64,000 nucleotides of DNA from Raillietiella orientalis (Eukaryota), in the NCBI GenBank assembly GCA_036172245.1, contig JAYWIR010000001.1, positions 8,370,001 through 8,434,000 of the forward strand. The letters are read 5' to 3'. The notes beneath the pieces were generated by a model. That model saw nothing but the letters and a program-made list of their open reading frames with translations. It ran no database searches and was not told the DNA's origin. Of this stretch, positions 1 through 13,647 are shown in pieces (positions within the stretch are counted from its first letter, which is position 1; every line of letters starts with the position of its first letter). Position numbers and translations under genes: made by a program.

Positions 1-3000
1 AAGGTAGCGCGGGGGAGGGGAGGAGACGAAGGGGAGAACTTTAAGGGAGCAAGTGGCTGTCCGTCCTTGCTTTCGAGAACCCCCCAATTCCTTTCCTCCT
101 TGATTACGTGCGGCTTTCCCCGGTTCCCGGACCTCGAAGCACCTGCGTCAGCACCTCCCGAAGGACGTTCCCGAAAGCTCCGTCCTTTGGGGAAAAGGGA
201 GCGGAAGGTGGGGAAAAGGAGGAAAAGCAGGGAGGTCATACGTCAACGAGCGGAAAACCCTCTCGCATATGCAACGTCATCTCACCGGTGCCGCCGCCCC
301 GAGTGGCGCAGATTGCGCGCGCGCGCGCGACGGAGCTGGCGATGACCTCAGCATCAGCGACGACATTCTTCAGCAACGATATTGCCCGTGCTTGCGCACT
401 GGCAATATCGTAGCCGACGAAGGCGACTGAGGCGCCATTATTGCTACTTGCAACAGTGGCCCCTGTGAGTGGCGGGAATTCACTGGCGTGCCTCCCCCCC
501 CCCCGTAGCTTCCATCGGCACCCATGCAGGCACATCCCCTGTCTCTCTTCCCTCCTCTCCCGCCGCGCGGCACGTGGGACGTTTCCGAGATGGCCGTTCC
601 ACTTCCAGGATGCCAGGAAAAACTGTCGCTCGGGTGGGCACTGGAGAGGAGACTTCCTCCCCACCACCACCACCTTCTTCCCCGAAGAGATGGTGGCCTT
701 CCATTGGAGGACGGAGTGACTTGCCTCTGGATCCGACGGCTTCTCCCGAGATCGCTCCTCACACTCCTGGCTGCCGCACTGCGAACCCGCCGGCGGGAGG
801 TCCTTGGGGTCTTCAGGGAAAGCGACACGGCGATCTCCTCCAAAGTGCTGACCGGACATGGCGGACGTCGACGTGCCGGCCTTTAGCAGTGCCTGCTTCA
901 ACCGCTGACTGGGATGCTCCCGGACGCGCTCCTCCCTCTCTAGGAAGAGGGCCGGGAAGATTCAGAACCGGCGCCCCCAGGCGCTTCCATCGGAGCCCCG
1001 GGGGGCGCGGTCATGTGCTCCGCTTGCTGCTCCCTCCTCGACCCGTCTCCCACACGCCCTCCCGGAAGCCCCTGCGTCCAGCTGCTTCGCCCGGATGGGG
1101 AGAAAACGACCACCGAGAGGACGCGTGCGAGCCGGCTGCCCGGTCGAGGGGGAGACCCGAGAGCCGTGGGAGCGCAGCGGCGGCGTTGGAGGTCGCGCCA
1201 GTCCCCGCGGAGGAGGAAAGGACGCGGAAGATGGATGGAACCGCTCCTCCGCCGGCGAGGGGTTGCTGGGGAGAGTGATCACGGGTTTTCCCTCGAGCGA
1301 CGGAGCACCTGGAGGACCGTGGTTTCCTCGGAAATGGGAGGGAAAGATTGAGAGGGAAACGGCGTGCACCAACGGGCGGAGGGCGAAGCGGAGGACGGCC
1401 AGGGACAGTGGAGGATCTCTCAGTCGTCTGCCATGCCCCTAGGCATGGATGAAGCTCGGGGAGGGACGAAGGAAAGGAAAGGAGGGGGGGAGCAGGATTT
1501 CCGGCGGCCTGTTCCCGCTCCCTTTTTCCAGGAGACGACTGGTCTCCTGCCCGCCACGGGAGCAGAGGAGCGTCCTATCCCTGCAGGCGCCTCGCAGGGC
1601 GCGGCTCCCTCCCCCCGTGGTCTTCAATGGATCCTTCAATCCATCCTTACCCGGAGCCGGTCCGTCGCTCCGACCTGCGGCGCCACTCTGCGTGTCTCGG
1701 GATGTAGCTGCGGGAGCCAAGGAGCGTCGGAGCGCGAGCGCGGAAAGTCATCGATCCCCCCCTCCCGCGGACGCCTGCTGTCCACACGGCCGGGTGCGAA
1801 CCGACCCGCCACCTCGTGACCTCCCTCGGAGATGGATAGAAGCGTCTCTGGCCCCGGACGATCTCCGGATCTCTCCCAGAAGCTGTCTGGGAAAAAGGCG
1901 AGAGGAGGGCCAGCGGACGAACGTTGGAGGTTGAACCGCTCTCCGGGAGAGTCCTCGGTAGAACGCAAGGGCCCCATCCTTCCCAGCACGACGCGTACCC
2001 TGTCCTTCAAAGTCATGTTCGGTGTCTGTGCCGTCCCCCTTGGAGTGCCTGGAGGACTCTTTGCCTTACGGCATTGCAGGTCATCCGTTCTTGGCGTTGA
2101 TTCGAGTGAAGCGGCGTTGGATCAACGTGGAACGCCACTGCACTCGAGTGACGATGTCCCTGAGCTCCGGACGTATGGCGCGGGATACCGGCGCCATCCG
2201 GGAGGTGACGTTGAACGTGCCTAGGTAGCGGCGAACAGATGGGTGAGGACTCTCGCCGCCCCCCTTTGGAGTGGCACGGGAGTCCCGAGGTCCCGGGAAC
2301 CTTTGAACCCTTCGCGCTTCTCCTCCTCTTCCGCTCCTGGAATGCAGGAAGAGCAGGCGAGGAGCGGCGGCGCGAGAGCAGCAAGATCCTCTCTCCCTCT
2401 TTCGGTCGGTCGCGCTCGCTCCTCTAGTTCCGGAGGGGACTGCCTGAGATCACCTGTCCGAGGCGGCATCTTTCTGGCGTTTCTCTGCGGGCGGGGAGGT
2501 CGCCCTCCCGCTCGGCAAACGATGCCGGACCGGTGGGCAAGGCGCCGCGGGTAACCCCGCCCCTGACCGGGAGGGAGCTCCTCCTCTTCCTCCCCTCCGC
2601 GCTCCAGCCTAGGGTCGTGCTCCAGGGAGACACCCTTTTCCAGGAAGGAAGATAGGGAAATGCAACGGGTCCCCGCCGAAGGTCTATGCCTGGCGCGAGC
2701 CTCGAGGACTTTTCCGGTGGAGGCCGCGCGACCTCCCTCCCTCCTACTGAGTCTCCGAGCTTGTCCCGGCGGTGTTCCCGCGGGATCGCCGAAGGAAAAG
2801 CATCTGTCCCGCACGACCTTTCCCCATTCCCGCGCGCTACCGCTTTCGCCCGGATCGCTCGCGCCATTCCCTGATGGCTTGAAGGTCCCGGTTCCTGTTC
2901 CGGACACTCCTTCCTTCCTGGAGGGAAAGGAGTGGCGCGGGCAGGGAAGGGATCGCGTTTCCTCCTGTCAGGTGGGCAGCGTCCGAACGGGTGGTCCGCC

Positions 3001-3585
3001 AGTCATGCCCCCTCGGACCTGGGAATGTCGTTTCGCGGGAGATCCGTCCATCCGCATGGTCGCCCGTGGCTTCGTCGGCTACGAGGGGGGCTGGGAATGA
3101 GGAGCGACCGGCACGAAGTTCCCTCTGGTTCCCGGCTTCTCCCTGAGAACGGGAAGGGAAGCCACGGCAAGGGGATGCCGCCGGCCTTCCCCCCGGCGCC
3201 TCCTCCACGGCATCCGCAGTAGGCAGCAGATCGTCCCGCAGCGACGCGAGGGGTCTCTCCCGGTCGTCTCTCAGTCCCTCCGGTGAAACGGGAGCAGCAG
3301 CCGAGCGGGCAGCCTTCCTCGCTTCCCCTCCTCCCCCACTTATCCCCTTCCCCCCGTTTCCCTGGCAAGCATTCCCCAGTTCCTTTTCCCGGGTCCTTCG
3401 GAAAGACCATCCCCGCCGAAGGGATTCGCCCCTGACCTCGGGAGTCTCCCCGACCTCCCCTCCCTCCATTCGCCTGGAGCTACCCGCTCTTTATTGACTC
3501 CCCTGTCCTCCGTGCTGGGACGCGTCCCTCGGCGCCGCTTCCTCGAACACTCCCCTCCAAGGGAGGGGAGGGGAGGGGGCACCGT

Positions 3586-4514
3586 TCAGTGCCCGAACCG
3601 GGACTCGCGCCCGTTGATGGGCCAGCGGAGGAAGCGCCCGCTCTCCATGTACTCCTTGATCTCGGGCAAGGACTCGAAGCGGCGCTGGAATTCCTCCAGG
3701 TTGGGGAATTCCCTCAGGCAGGCGGGCTCGAGGTGCTTATGCTGGTCCAGGCGCTCATAGAGAATGAAGTCCACGTACGACAGCTGCGGGGCGGGGAAGA
3801 GAGGCGTGACACCGCTCCCGCACCCGCGCACCCCCTCACCGAGTCCGCGAACCAATCCCTGCCGCCCAGGTAGGTGGAGAAGCTTCCCAGCTTGGCCGGG
3901 AGCGAGGACACATAGACTTCCCTCAAGTCCGCCTGGAAGGCAGGCGGGTCGGGATTAGCCTCCCTCCATCCCCTTTCCCTCCCGCTTACGAAGTCCGGGC
4001 TGTAGCACAGCTTCACGAATCCGTTGCGGAGGTCCATGGCCTCGTTCTCCAGGACGTCGATGCGGATCCGCTGCTCCTCGTTCTTCCCGCACAGACCGTG
4101 CTTGCGCCCCAGGAAACGCAGGATGGCGTTGGACTGCGTGATCCGGACGTCGCCGTCCACGTAGTAGGGCAGCTGGAAGGGTTGGCGCGCGGGTGGCAAG
4201 AGAGGGGAAGGGAAAGGTGGCTCACGTTTGGGAAATCCAGGTCCAGGGAGAACTTGTCCTCCTTCCAGTCCCTCCCGGGAGAAGGGTTCTCCTCCTCGTA
4301 CCGCTTCTCCTCGAAGTCCTTCTCTGCGTACGCCAGCAGAAGCCGGATGGGCTGGGCGAGCTAAGAGGAGAGGGAGCAACACCCTTTCGCACCCCGCCCC
4401 CGCCCTCCTGGGGACGGCGGCAGCAGTGGCATCGCGCCGCCCAGAAGCTGCGTGTGCTCTGCCGCGTCAACGACTTACCCCTCGGATGTTCCAGTACCCA
4501 AGAAGAGGCGCCAT
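3586..4514 (-). CDS. GSTM: Glutathione S-transferase, mu class; 5 coding exons (4514-4479, 4360-4226, 4172-3990, 3932-3840, 3783-3586), 214 aa
   Basis: Spliced translation MAPLLGYWNIRG|LAQPIRLLLAY...DKFSLDLDFPN|LPYYVDGDVRITQSNAILRFLGRKHGLCG...|...|LSYVDFILYERLDQH...WPINGRESRFGH*. Catalytic Tyr in GYWNIRG; FPNLPY and QSNAIL motifs present. All four introns are GT-AG, phase 0 (118, 53, 57, 56 nt). The ATG directly follows a ttccag acceptor, implying a 5' UTR exon. Confidence 0.96.
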
Positions 4515-6998
4515 CTGGAAGGACAGACAGTGTTTCCATCGACCAGGAAGAGAATGCCGACGTTCCCGCGGTAAGCAAGCATCCGCCCCACCCCACCCTT
4601 CCAGTGAACCAGAAGCCGGCCGGACGTCGTCGAGGGAACCCCCTGCGCGTGCGCGCTCGCCCCCGAACGTGTCTCGGGGAGAGGATGGTTGTCCTTTGAA
4701 GCGCCGGAGGAGGAGCAGAGCCCCTCCACTTCCTGCGCCGCCCGCGCTGCCGCTGAGCCCCATCCTTCGCCCTTCTCCCCCAGCAGAAGAGCCGTCCAGG
4801 TTTTTCAGCGCCGCGGGCGGAACCGTCAAGAGAAACACGTTCTACTCTCAATGACCTCTTCCCCTAGTCAGCATCATCGCCTGAGGTTTCCGGCCCTTTC
4901 CGCCCCGGTGGGAAACCCGCTCTCCCCTACGTCACCGTCAAGACGCGTCCACTATTCTCCACCCCGCCGTCTTCGTCACCCTCCCATGCGCCACCCGCAC
5001 GTTTCCTTAGTGATCCTCAGGCCACGCCCGCGTCACCTTCGCTGACAGGCGAGAAGCGGAGAACGAACCGGATGGAGGCCACGGGACGCACGAGCCGGTC
5101 AGGCGTCGTCGGAGACCCCGATCGCAGCCATGGGAGCAGTGAGGCGTTCCAGGAGCCGGGTCGGCGCGAGCGGTGACCTCTCGGCGGACCCCCGTCCTTG
5201 GATTTCCGCGCGGCGGCGCTCGCCCGGCGCCTTCCCGGAGGAGCGACCAAGCGTCCCCCGCGGGCTCCCGAGCGAAACTAGACGAACCCGGCTGCTCCTG
5301 GAAAACTAGACTCCATCCCGGAGGGAGTTTCGAAGGAGGAGCGTCCGACGCAGTAGGTTCTCGTCTCCCTGCCGACGCATGGTGGGCGCGCCTCCCGTTT
5401 GTACTCCTCCTCACCCTTCAATTGAAGACCCACAACCTGTGCAGCATCTGGACCGATGGGCACGGTGACCTCGCCGTCCTGGGCCTTGCCTGCGGCGTCC
5501 GAGGCCCCGAGCCGTACACCATGCGGAGAGTCCCTACAGATTCGCGTGGAGCCGCGCCTCAGAGAGAGCAGACTGTCAGGGGGGGAGGAGGCGCAGCCCC
5601 TCAGAGCAGGAGTCACGGCCGAACTCCGGGGAGAGGGACCTCGGTTCAAGAGCCGAAGATCGAGACGGAAAAGGTCGGCCCGTCTCCCCCTCCAAAGGAA
5701 CGCGCGACCGGCTCTCGAGCCTTTTCGACCTCCCATGCAAAAACTAGCGACTGGCCACGGCTGGTTTTCTCTTTCAGCATGGCTATGGCCACGGCAGGCT
5801 GCATGGCAAGGCACGGGATCACGCACGCGGAACTGCGACGCAGCGCCTTTCCCGCCCCTCCCAGCCAGCCACCCGGAGCCCGGGTCCGCGCGTGTCCCCT
5901 CGGGCGACCTCGCCCTTCCTCAAACCGAGCGATTCCTTGGCACCGCCCGCCCCCTCCCCATGCCCCGAAGCCATCTGTACCGGGTCAGGACCACTTCGTT
6001 GCCAAGTTCTCTTGGGGGTCTGGAGCGGCAGCCGTTCTTATCCTCTCCGCACCCGAGGAAGGGGGCTCAGGAGTACCTGCAGACCAACTCTTCGGCGCAC
6101 GGAACGGTCGGTGGCGGCCGAGTTAATGGGCACGCGGCGCCGACACTCAACCGCCGGCCGTCAGCGGCGCAGAGCAGTCGACGCTTCCGGGAAAAGCGCA
6201 TGCGCGGTCCCGGAGACGCGAACGCAAGGCGGCACGAACGCAACCCGAGCCGCGCGCCATGCCTCGAGGGAAGGAACGAGAGGGAAGCGAGGGAGATGGC
6301 AACCGCAGCACGCCGCAACAGCGGCGGCGCGCTAGCGCGCGGACGCGAAAGAAACTCCCCTTCCCCTCCCTTCCCTTCTACTCACGGCTTGCCCTGGTCA
6401 GCGGGACGAAAGGCGAGATGCACGCACAGGCAGAAAGAGCTGAAACGCTGCTGTCGTGTCGGCCGTGCGCGGTCGACGCCGAGGGGAAGAGCGGACTGTC
6501 TGTGCGGCCGAGGGACAACGCCAATCCCCTTTTATCAGATGCTCACCGGCAGTCGTACTCTCCCGCGTCCACCCGCGGATGGCCGGCCAACAAAGGAAGT
6601 GGTGCGCAAAGAATCGGCGGCGGAGACTTGGCATTCCACGCCGCGCCATTTGCGCGTCGCTTCACGCATGAGCGTTCAAACAGGCTCGGGTGGCGACACG
6701 CGTCACGCCTAGCAACGTTCTGCAGGGAGCGACTGCTTCCGTTCCTAACGCGCACGTAAGCGGTGCACGCGCTCTCGCTCGACTCTCTCGCAAGCGCCAA
6801 AAAACGAAAAAGAAAAAAAGCAGATGCAGACAAAACAACAACCTTGTGTGATGCCAGTGAACCTCCGCGCCGTGGGCCGCAGAAACGGGAGGCACGCGAG
6901 CATGTTCGGATCCTCCTAGAGTGGTGCCGCGCTCTCCCGGTGTGCACGCGTGTTTTCCCGGATGTTCTGTCGCCGACCTAGGTCGCTCCACACTTCAG

Positions 6999-7624
6999 GA
7001 AGGCGGTGACCAGCGCAGTCACCCGGGAGACCCGCGTGCCGAGCTACCAAACCTTCGATGGCTATCGTCGCCAATGACATCGCCGTTGGTGTCAGCTGAC
7101 ATAAGGCGGATGGAGGTTTTGGTAACGCGTTCGGAGTTACCAAAGTCTCCCGATGGCAAAGAAGAGGGCAAGGACGAAGGCGGGAATGCGCATGTCGTTA
7201 CAGGTGTGCCGGAGGTCTGCCTGCACCTGCTCTGCTCCTGCATCCGCCCGAATAATCTGGAAAGTCTGTTTCTTCGATGCAGTCGCTCGTCTTCGATGTC
7301 CCTACTCCCCTGTACCTCCCCCCAAGACCCATCACCTCAAGACAACTCCTCCAACGTCCGCTGCTGCTAGCCGCGGTCTCAACGACACTTGTCTGTACCA
7401 CGCAAGCGTAAGAAGGGAAAAACACTACGCTTGTCAAGGACGAAGATTTTCTTGATCAGCAGGAGCAACTGCTGATGATGTCAGCTGACCAAAGGCGGAT
7501 GGAGGTTCTGAATGACATCAATCGACCGGCACATGCTCGGAACTCGACATCTCACTCTCATGATGAAACAAGTGAAAGCTTTCGTCTCATGGGAGCTCGC
7601 GAACAGTGCCGAACACTTCCATAG
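6999..7624 (+). CDS. Candidate 3' exons of an unrecognised gene (6999-7121, 7204-7407, 7460-7624)
   Basis: Three AG/GT-bounded phase-0 segments splice into one open frame ending TAG at 7622-7624. No homology recognised, and no consistent upstream exon found. Confidence 0.25.
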
Positions 7625-7737
7625 AGTGCCTCCCAAATGGTTCCTTTTTGTGTGTTTTGCATTTTAAGCGTTAATCATGGGTCCTAAAATGCTTAAACAT
7701 GATACAACGAAGCCTAGAAAGGAACTCGTTCGGCACC

Positions 7738-7742
<5 letters not shown>

Positions 7743-7772
<30 letters not shown>
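7743..7772. repeat. (TA)15 microsatellite
   Basis: Read directly. Confidence 0.95.
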
Positions 7773-7775
<3 letters not shown>

Positions 7776-10700
7776 CAAGGACCAATTCCATAGAACGGGA
7801 CTCATCCTTATCGAATATACCAAAACCAAATGCACTGAGACTACCCCTCTGGAAAAGGAACTTTTGTAGCGTTCATCGAATTTGTCGTCGTCTACACGAG
7901 TTGCGAGCAAGGCGCGCATTCCAGGATGGTGCGCCTACTCAGCCCGCCCTACGGTCACTTAAAAAATTCCAATCAGGACCACCACGTGACCTGAACGCTG
8001 AGAGCAACCCAAGCTCGCTTTCCCGCATCTGAGCGGTGAAACGGAAAGACTTGCTGTGTTTCCAGTGGAAGCATAGCTCAAGGCACTTTTCGTGTTTCAC
8101 GAATTCCGCCGCGGACAGGGAATCTCTCCGCGGTTCGGAATTCCTAGACACGCTTGGTCTTCACCTGGGAGCGTCGAGGAAAATGGCATCCAGGATACAG
8201 TGCCGCGCTCGTGACTCGCCTGCGACCGGGTTTCTGTTCTTCCGCGCTGATGGGCGGATGGCACATCGGCAAGCGTTCCGAAGTTTGCACCTAAATAAAA
8301 TATTGAAGCGAGTATTGATCCTTGCCTTCGACTGACCCACGTCCAGCATGGAAGGAGAACCCTAAAATGCTGCCGTTAGAAGAATTGGGCACTACGCGAA
8401 TTGCGTGCCAGATAGCACGAGGGTATTAAAGAAAGACTCCTGTAGTCTTCCTGTTTCAGCAGCTTCATTACGAAGGGGAGTGTCATATGAATGCTCTTTG
8501 TTTGTTGAACCACTTCTGATGAGATCCATCCGCTCCCCCGGCAGACGCGCTTTGAGAAGTGTCTTCCGGGCAAAGAAGCATGCGAACGTGCTCCAGATGA
8601 GGCGAACGGTAGAAGAGGAAGGAACAAAAAGTACTTCGACACATCATCTGCAGCCCGAACCTCAAGCTGAAAAAGCTACTTGACTAACACGAAAGTAAAG
8701 CACCTGAAGCCGGGCGCGTAGGCCGTTTTCCTTTCTCTTCTTTCCCCCCTCCCCTCTTCTCCTTGCAGGTGGAGGCGATGCCGGAACGATCCTGGACCTG
8801 GGAGGATTCCCGGACCACTCACCCAGAAGAGGAGTTGCGGGAAGTGCCACCGGAAGCGCGGCGCGCTGTCCGCTCCAGCGGTCTCAACGAAGAAAAGGCG
8901 ATGGACTGCAGTCCCGCTGCTGAGACGAAGGACTCCGCCTTCCTAGCGTGGTTGAGGACACTGCGACCACCCCTGTCCTCGGAGCTCTTGCCGCCCATCT
9001 TGGCCTCTTTCCAGAATTTCCTCGAGGGGTGAAATGTACACCTTTCTACCAACCTTAAATGCCATCGATGCTATAACATACCATGGTGCACTCTGGTGCC
9101 TTTGGGCTCCGAGTCCGGACTCCGCCTGGCAAACACAATCGGATGTGGCTTTCTGGGGTTGTATAAATCAGTAACATGCAGTTGTGGCCGATTCGATCAA
9201 ACAATGATACAGGCACTAGGCTTCCAAAGACGTCGACGTAAGAAGAGGAGAAATTTTCACTTCCTCCAGACTTCCGGATGTCACTGTTACTCTTCCAATT
9301 CTTTCCATCCAGTAAGAACTATCAGTAAGTCCAAGAGCTCCATCCCCGGCTAGCAAAACGGCAGACTTGAAAAAACACAAGCGAATTCACAAGCTCCAAC
9401 TAATAGAGCACTCACAACTCAATTCACGGTTTTAAGCTGTGTAGTGAGTACAGAAGTCTTCGTTTGAGAAGAGTGGGGTGCGAGGCAGAAGGTCTGCAAA
9501 TCGTGTTTCTAAGGAAGAAAGCGTTATTGGTTTTCTTTTTTCAACCAAGGATTAGGAAGAACGTGAAGAAGTTAAAGCCACAAATCTTCAAATATCTCGG
9601 CCATCCTTCTTGAACAAATCGATTTGTACTGTAAGTAACTTCTAGGTTCTTGTGAATCAGAGCAGTTTGCAATGAGCATCATCGGTGACCTTACACCAGA
9701 GTTGCCTTCTCTCTCATGGATTCTTCATTGCAGTCGGTGCAAAAACTTCTTAAATTGATGCCACAAAAGTGAACAGGGTTTTGCTCGTACTCTTCATGCA
9801 AAGTGGCCTTCTCTTACTTGTGCTTCCGAGATTTCAGAAAAATACTCTCGTTGTTCAGTTGTCAAAAGTTCAGTTGTCAGGAGCATCAAGTGGCAAGGAT
9901 GGAGTGAAAGCTGAAAAGTCAGTTGATTTTCCATCACACTTGGTCTCTAAGGTGCTACGGCCACGTGGTTCGTCTGTTATGCTCACCAGTTCAGGAAATA
10001 TAGGAAGCATGGCAGTCAGTTGTTCAACAAGTTTAAAAATATGAACGTGAGAATCTTAGATGTAGCAGTAATTCGAAAATCGGAATAAAATCTGAGTATT
10101 TTATTATTATTTGTTTTTTCTCTGAAAGCGCAACAACATGGCGCAGAATTCGTATGTATCGGGTGGATACACTAGTAGTAAAGTACGGTACGGTGGTACA
10201 ATGAAACAGGTTCCTTTTTCAAAGTGAAGCCATTGAAATATAGCTAAAGTAGAAAAGAAGAAGAAACGTAGGATATTTTCAAATAAGAAGAATATTTATT
10301 TCGAAAGAAAACACTTGATAGCGTACTAATATAGCACGCATATATTCCCCCGTTCGAACTTTTTATGGAAACGAATAGTACTAAAGCAAATTTTGCCTCC
10401 AGGAAAAATGAAATGAAAAATAAGGCACTTTTCTCACCCGGGCTTTTTATCTTAATTTGAATTCTTTCCATTCAGTTCCTTAGAAAGTACGCAACGTGTT
10501 ATCAGACGGCTTGAGCATGACTTCCTTTTAAAACTGTTTGTCTAAGCCTTCACAGTTTGCACTTAAGCTTAAAATTGTAGCTTGCTCATAAACTGTTGTT
10601 TCTTTTATGACAAAATTCTTTTAAAATTGCTTCCACCCACATGCTTATCCCGTAGGGCTTCAGGAAGGCAATTCCAGTGTAGGGCTACCTCGGGGTTATG

Positions 10701-12109
10701 TCACTTGGGACCATTTTGTGAGCGTTGCCCATGGCTACCGAAAAAAGTTTGCTTGCGTGCTTCGGCATCTGTTGACCAACGTCGTTTTCTCTCTTTCCAC
10801 TTTTTTCCGTTTTCCTCCTCTTTTGTACCCTTAAAAGAAAAAAAGACAGGAGAAAAAAAGCTATCGTCATCATCAGTCAGGAGGAATCAAAGGAAACTTT
10901 CGCCGAGCGGAGTAGGGTAAACCGCTGTTTGAAGCGTGCAATTAAAATCCGATGTAAGTATCTTTAATCCTTGTAGAAATTGTTTCAAAGTACTCTCTCC
11001 AGCACACCTATTGGTAAGTACTATACGTTTGCTGGGGAGTTGGGAACATTATTCTTGGTTGCAAGATCAACGTAGGAATTGCAAGGGTTTGCCCGTTGGG
11101 AAAGCATGCATAAGAGCATTTTTTTTTTTTTTTTTTTGCACATGCATTTCCTTGCATATGTCGTGAATCGAGTCTGGTTCGTCTGGACGTTCGTGGTGTG
11201 AAATTCCGTTTTTGCTGCCAATTCGAGTTTGGGGTTCGAATTGCGCCAGCACTTTGCTTAATCTGTGTTGCACCCATTATTTTCAATCCCTTTAAAGCCA
11301 GTATTAGCCATAAGCTAATGGTGAGTTTTCGTTGCCGAAAGCATAGAAATATGACTATTTATTCCAACGGTTGACGTTAATTCAAGAACCTAGTGCAATC
11401 GGAGTTTTTTGCGTGCCTCTTATTCATGAATTACTTCTCAATAGGCCTATTTAGTGCATCCTTGATATGGTGAACCATGCAGATGTGCAAGGAATATAAT
11501 TAAAAATTTATACATAGTGCACAAAAGCGTGAAAAGCACGATATGATCTTGCAAAATTTATTCGTGTCTTTCAAAAATAGTATTAAATGCAGAAATGTGA
11601 TATTGAATATTCGTTTCAGCACAAATGTATTCCATGGTATGCAGAGAGCTTCATCCCCCAAAGTAAGTTGCATAAGGTGTTTGTTTCATAAATTGCTGGT
11701 TTGAGTGGCCGTCAAATTGATAGGTTAATAAACATCATGGAAATGTCAGCATGTGAAAATGTTGGGGGTGCACAACATTCCTCAGGCAGTCACTTTGCAT
11801 ACCAACTTTTCAAAATTATGTGCAGAAAACTCAGCTTATTTTTTCTACTACAAGAAATGAAACTAATGCTGCTTGCAAGAGCAGATGCTCCTCATAACGT
11901 ATCTTCATCAAGTCTTAATTGTTAAAATCATTAAAGATGAATTATCCACAAATTTCGTATCTAGTGATCACATATTTGTACAGTGTGTGATGGATCCTCC
12001 ATAACTGTATTTTCACATGTAATGGTGTGTGAATCTGTTCAGATAATGTATCATAGTTTACACTTAAATTGAATGGGATTCCCTTATATTGGACCTTTTT
12101 TTTTTTTAG

Positions 12110-13647
12110 TTTAATCAGAAGTGGTTATCACCATCATTTGGCCTTATTGTTGATATTGATGGAGTAGTAGTGAGAGGTAATGAAGTTTTACCATCTTGCA
12201 GAGATGCATTCCTTAATCTGACGGATTCTACTGGAAAACTCAGAGTACCTGTAGTATTTCTGACTAATGGGTGTAGTGCAACTTGCACTGCGAAAGCGCA
12301 ACAGCTTTCCGAATGGTTAGGAATTCAGGTTCATGCTTTAAATTTTTATTTCAAACATTTCTGCGTGGGCTTTTCTGGGGCAATGCATTATGTAAATTAA
12401 CCTTTCTGTCATCATAATGCAAGGATCTGTTTGGTTACTGAATAAGTGATTATTTAACTTATAGATAATGAACTTATTCCCCCATTCGTTTTGAATTTAT
12501 TGCTATAAGTATTTCAGTGAAAGTTATTACATTCATACTAAATGCAGTGAAATGATATTGCACAATATCTTAGCAAGATTCTGTCTTTAGATAAACAGTA
12601 ATCAAGTCATCATGGGTTACTCTCCTTTGTGTGTTTTTAAAGATTTTCACGAGAAACACGCATTAGTATGTGGTCAAGGTCCATTGAATGAAATAGCTTC
12701 CAGCGTAGGGTTTACAAAACAAGTGTCTTTAGAGCAGCTGAGCTCTTGCTATCCATATTTGGATTTTGTAGATATTCGTAAACGCAAGAAAAAGGTTAGT
12801 AATATTTTAAAAGTATTTATGACTCATATTTCAGGAAACAAGAACTGATTCTCAGTCTGCCATTGCTGTTGAATCAGTTGTTGTATTTGGAGAACCTGCT
12901 TTGTGGGAGTCACATTTGCAATTAATCATTGATGTGCTATTGACAAATGGAAAACCATCATTTCTCCCATGTGAAATCCCATATCCACATATTCCAGTGC
13001 TTGTTTGTAGCACAGATTTATTATGGATGGCAGAAGCCTGTATTCCTAGGTGTAAGTTCTGCATCAGGATAGGAACTTAAATTTATAGCTGACAGAGTGG
13101 GTAATGGTGCATTCCTGTTGTGCCTGGAAAGTCTATACAAAAAAATCACTGGTCTTGATCTGCTGTACACTACTCTGTTGGGAAAGCCAGCACATATAAC
13201 TTACCAGTATGCTGAGCATGTCTTAATGGAGCAAGCACATATTTTACGGGTAGCTCCTCTCCAAACTCTGTATGCCATTGGGTAAGCAAATGAACCAGTA
13301 CTAGATTTTTAATTCATACAATCTCAAGGGATAACATAGACACAGACATTGTTGGTGCCAATCTTTATCATAAATACCTGTGTACACCAGAGATGCAACC
13401 AAAGAGCCACCTGGCTCCTCCAAAATGCTTAGCGAATTTCTTACAAACAAAAATTGCCCGAAAGTGCTGTAGCATCTTGGTAAACACAGGAGTGTCACGT
13501 TCCAATTTTTGGAAGGGAGCTCAACATAGGCATCGGGATTTTTCAACTATAAATGATGAATGCAGCACACCAAATTATATTACTACAGATATTTTTAATG
13601 CCATTAACCTTATTCTCCAATTAGAAGGAATTGCTACAAGTATCTGA
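12110..13647 (+). CDS. HDHD5: HAD-family hydrolase HDHD5/CECR5; exons 12110-12328, 12591-12794, 12835-13049, 13096-13281, 13329-13647; first coding exon not located (candidate ATG at 10138)
   Basis: FGLIVDIDGVVVRG (HAD motif I DxD), [82 protein letters not shown] (motif IV), SILVNTGV. GT-AG introns of 262, 40, 46 and 47 nt keep the frame. Confidence 0.93.

Noticed and set aside
5173..6712. Long ORFs of 317 and 418 aa and similar overlapping ORFs across GC-rich regions
   Set aside because: Arg/Pro/Gly/Ser-rich, overlapping in many frames, no motifs; expected from stop-codon scarcity at high GC.
7800..10045. Multi-exon gene on - strand
   Set aside because: Some splice-like signals, but no consistent phasing or recognisable protein.
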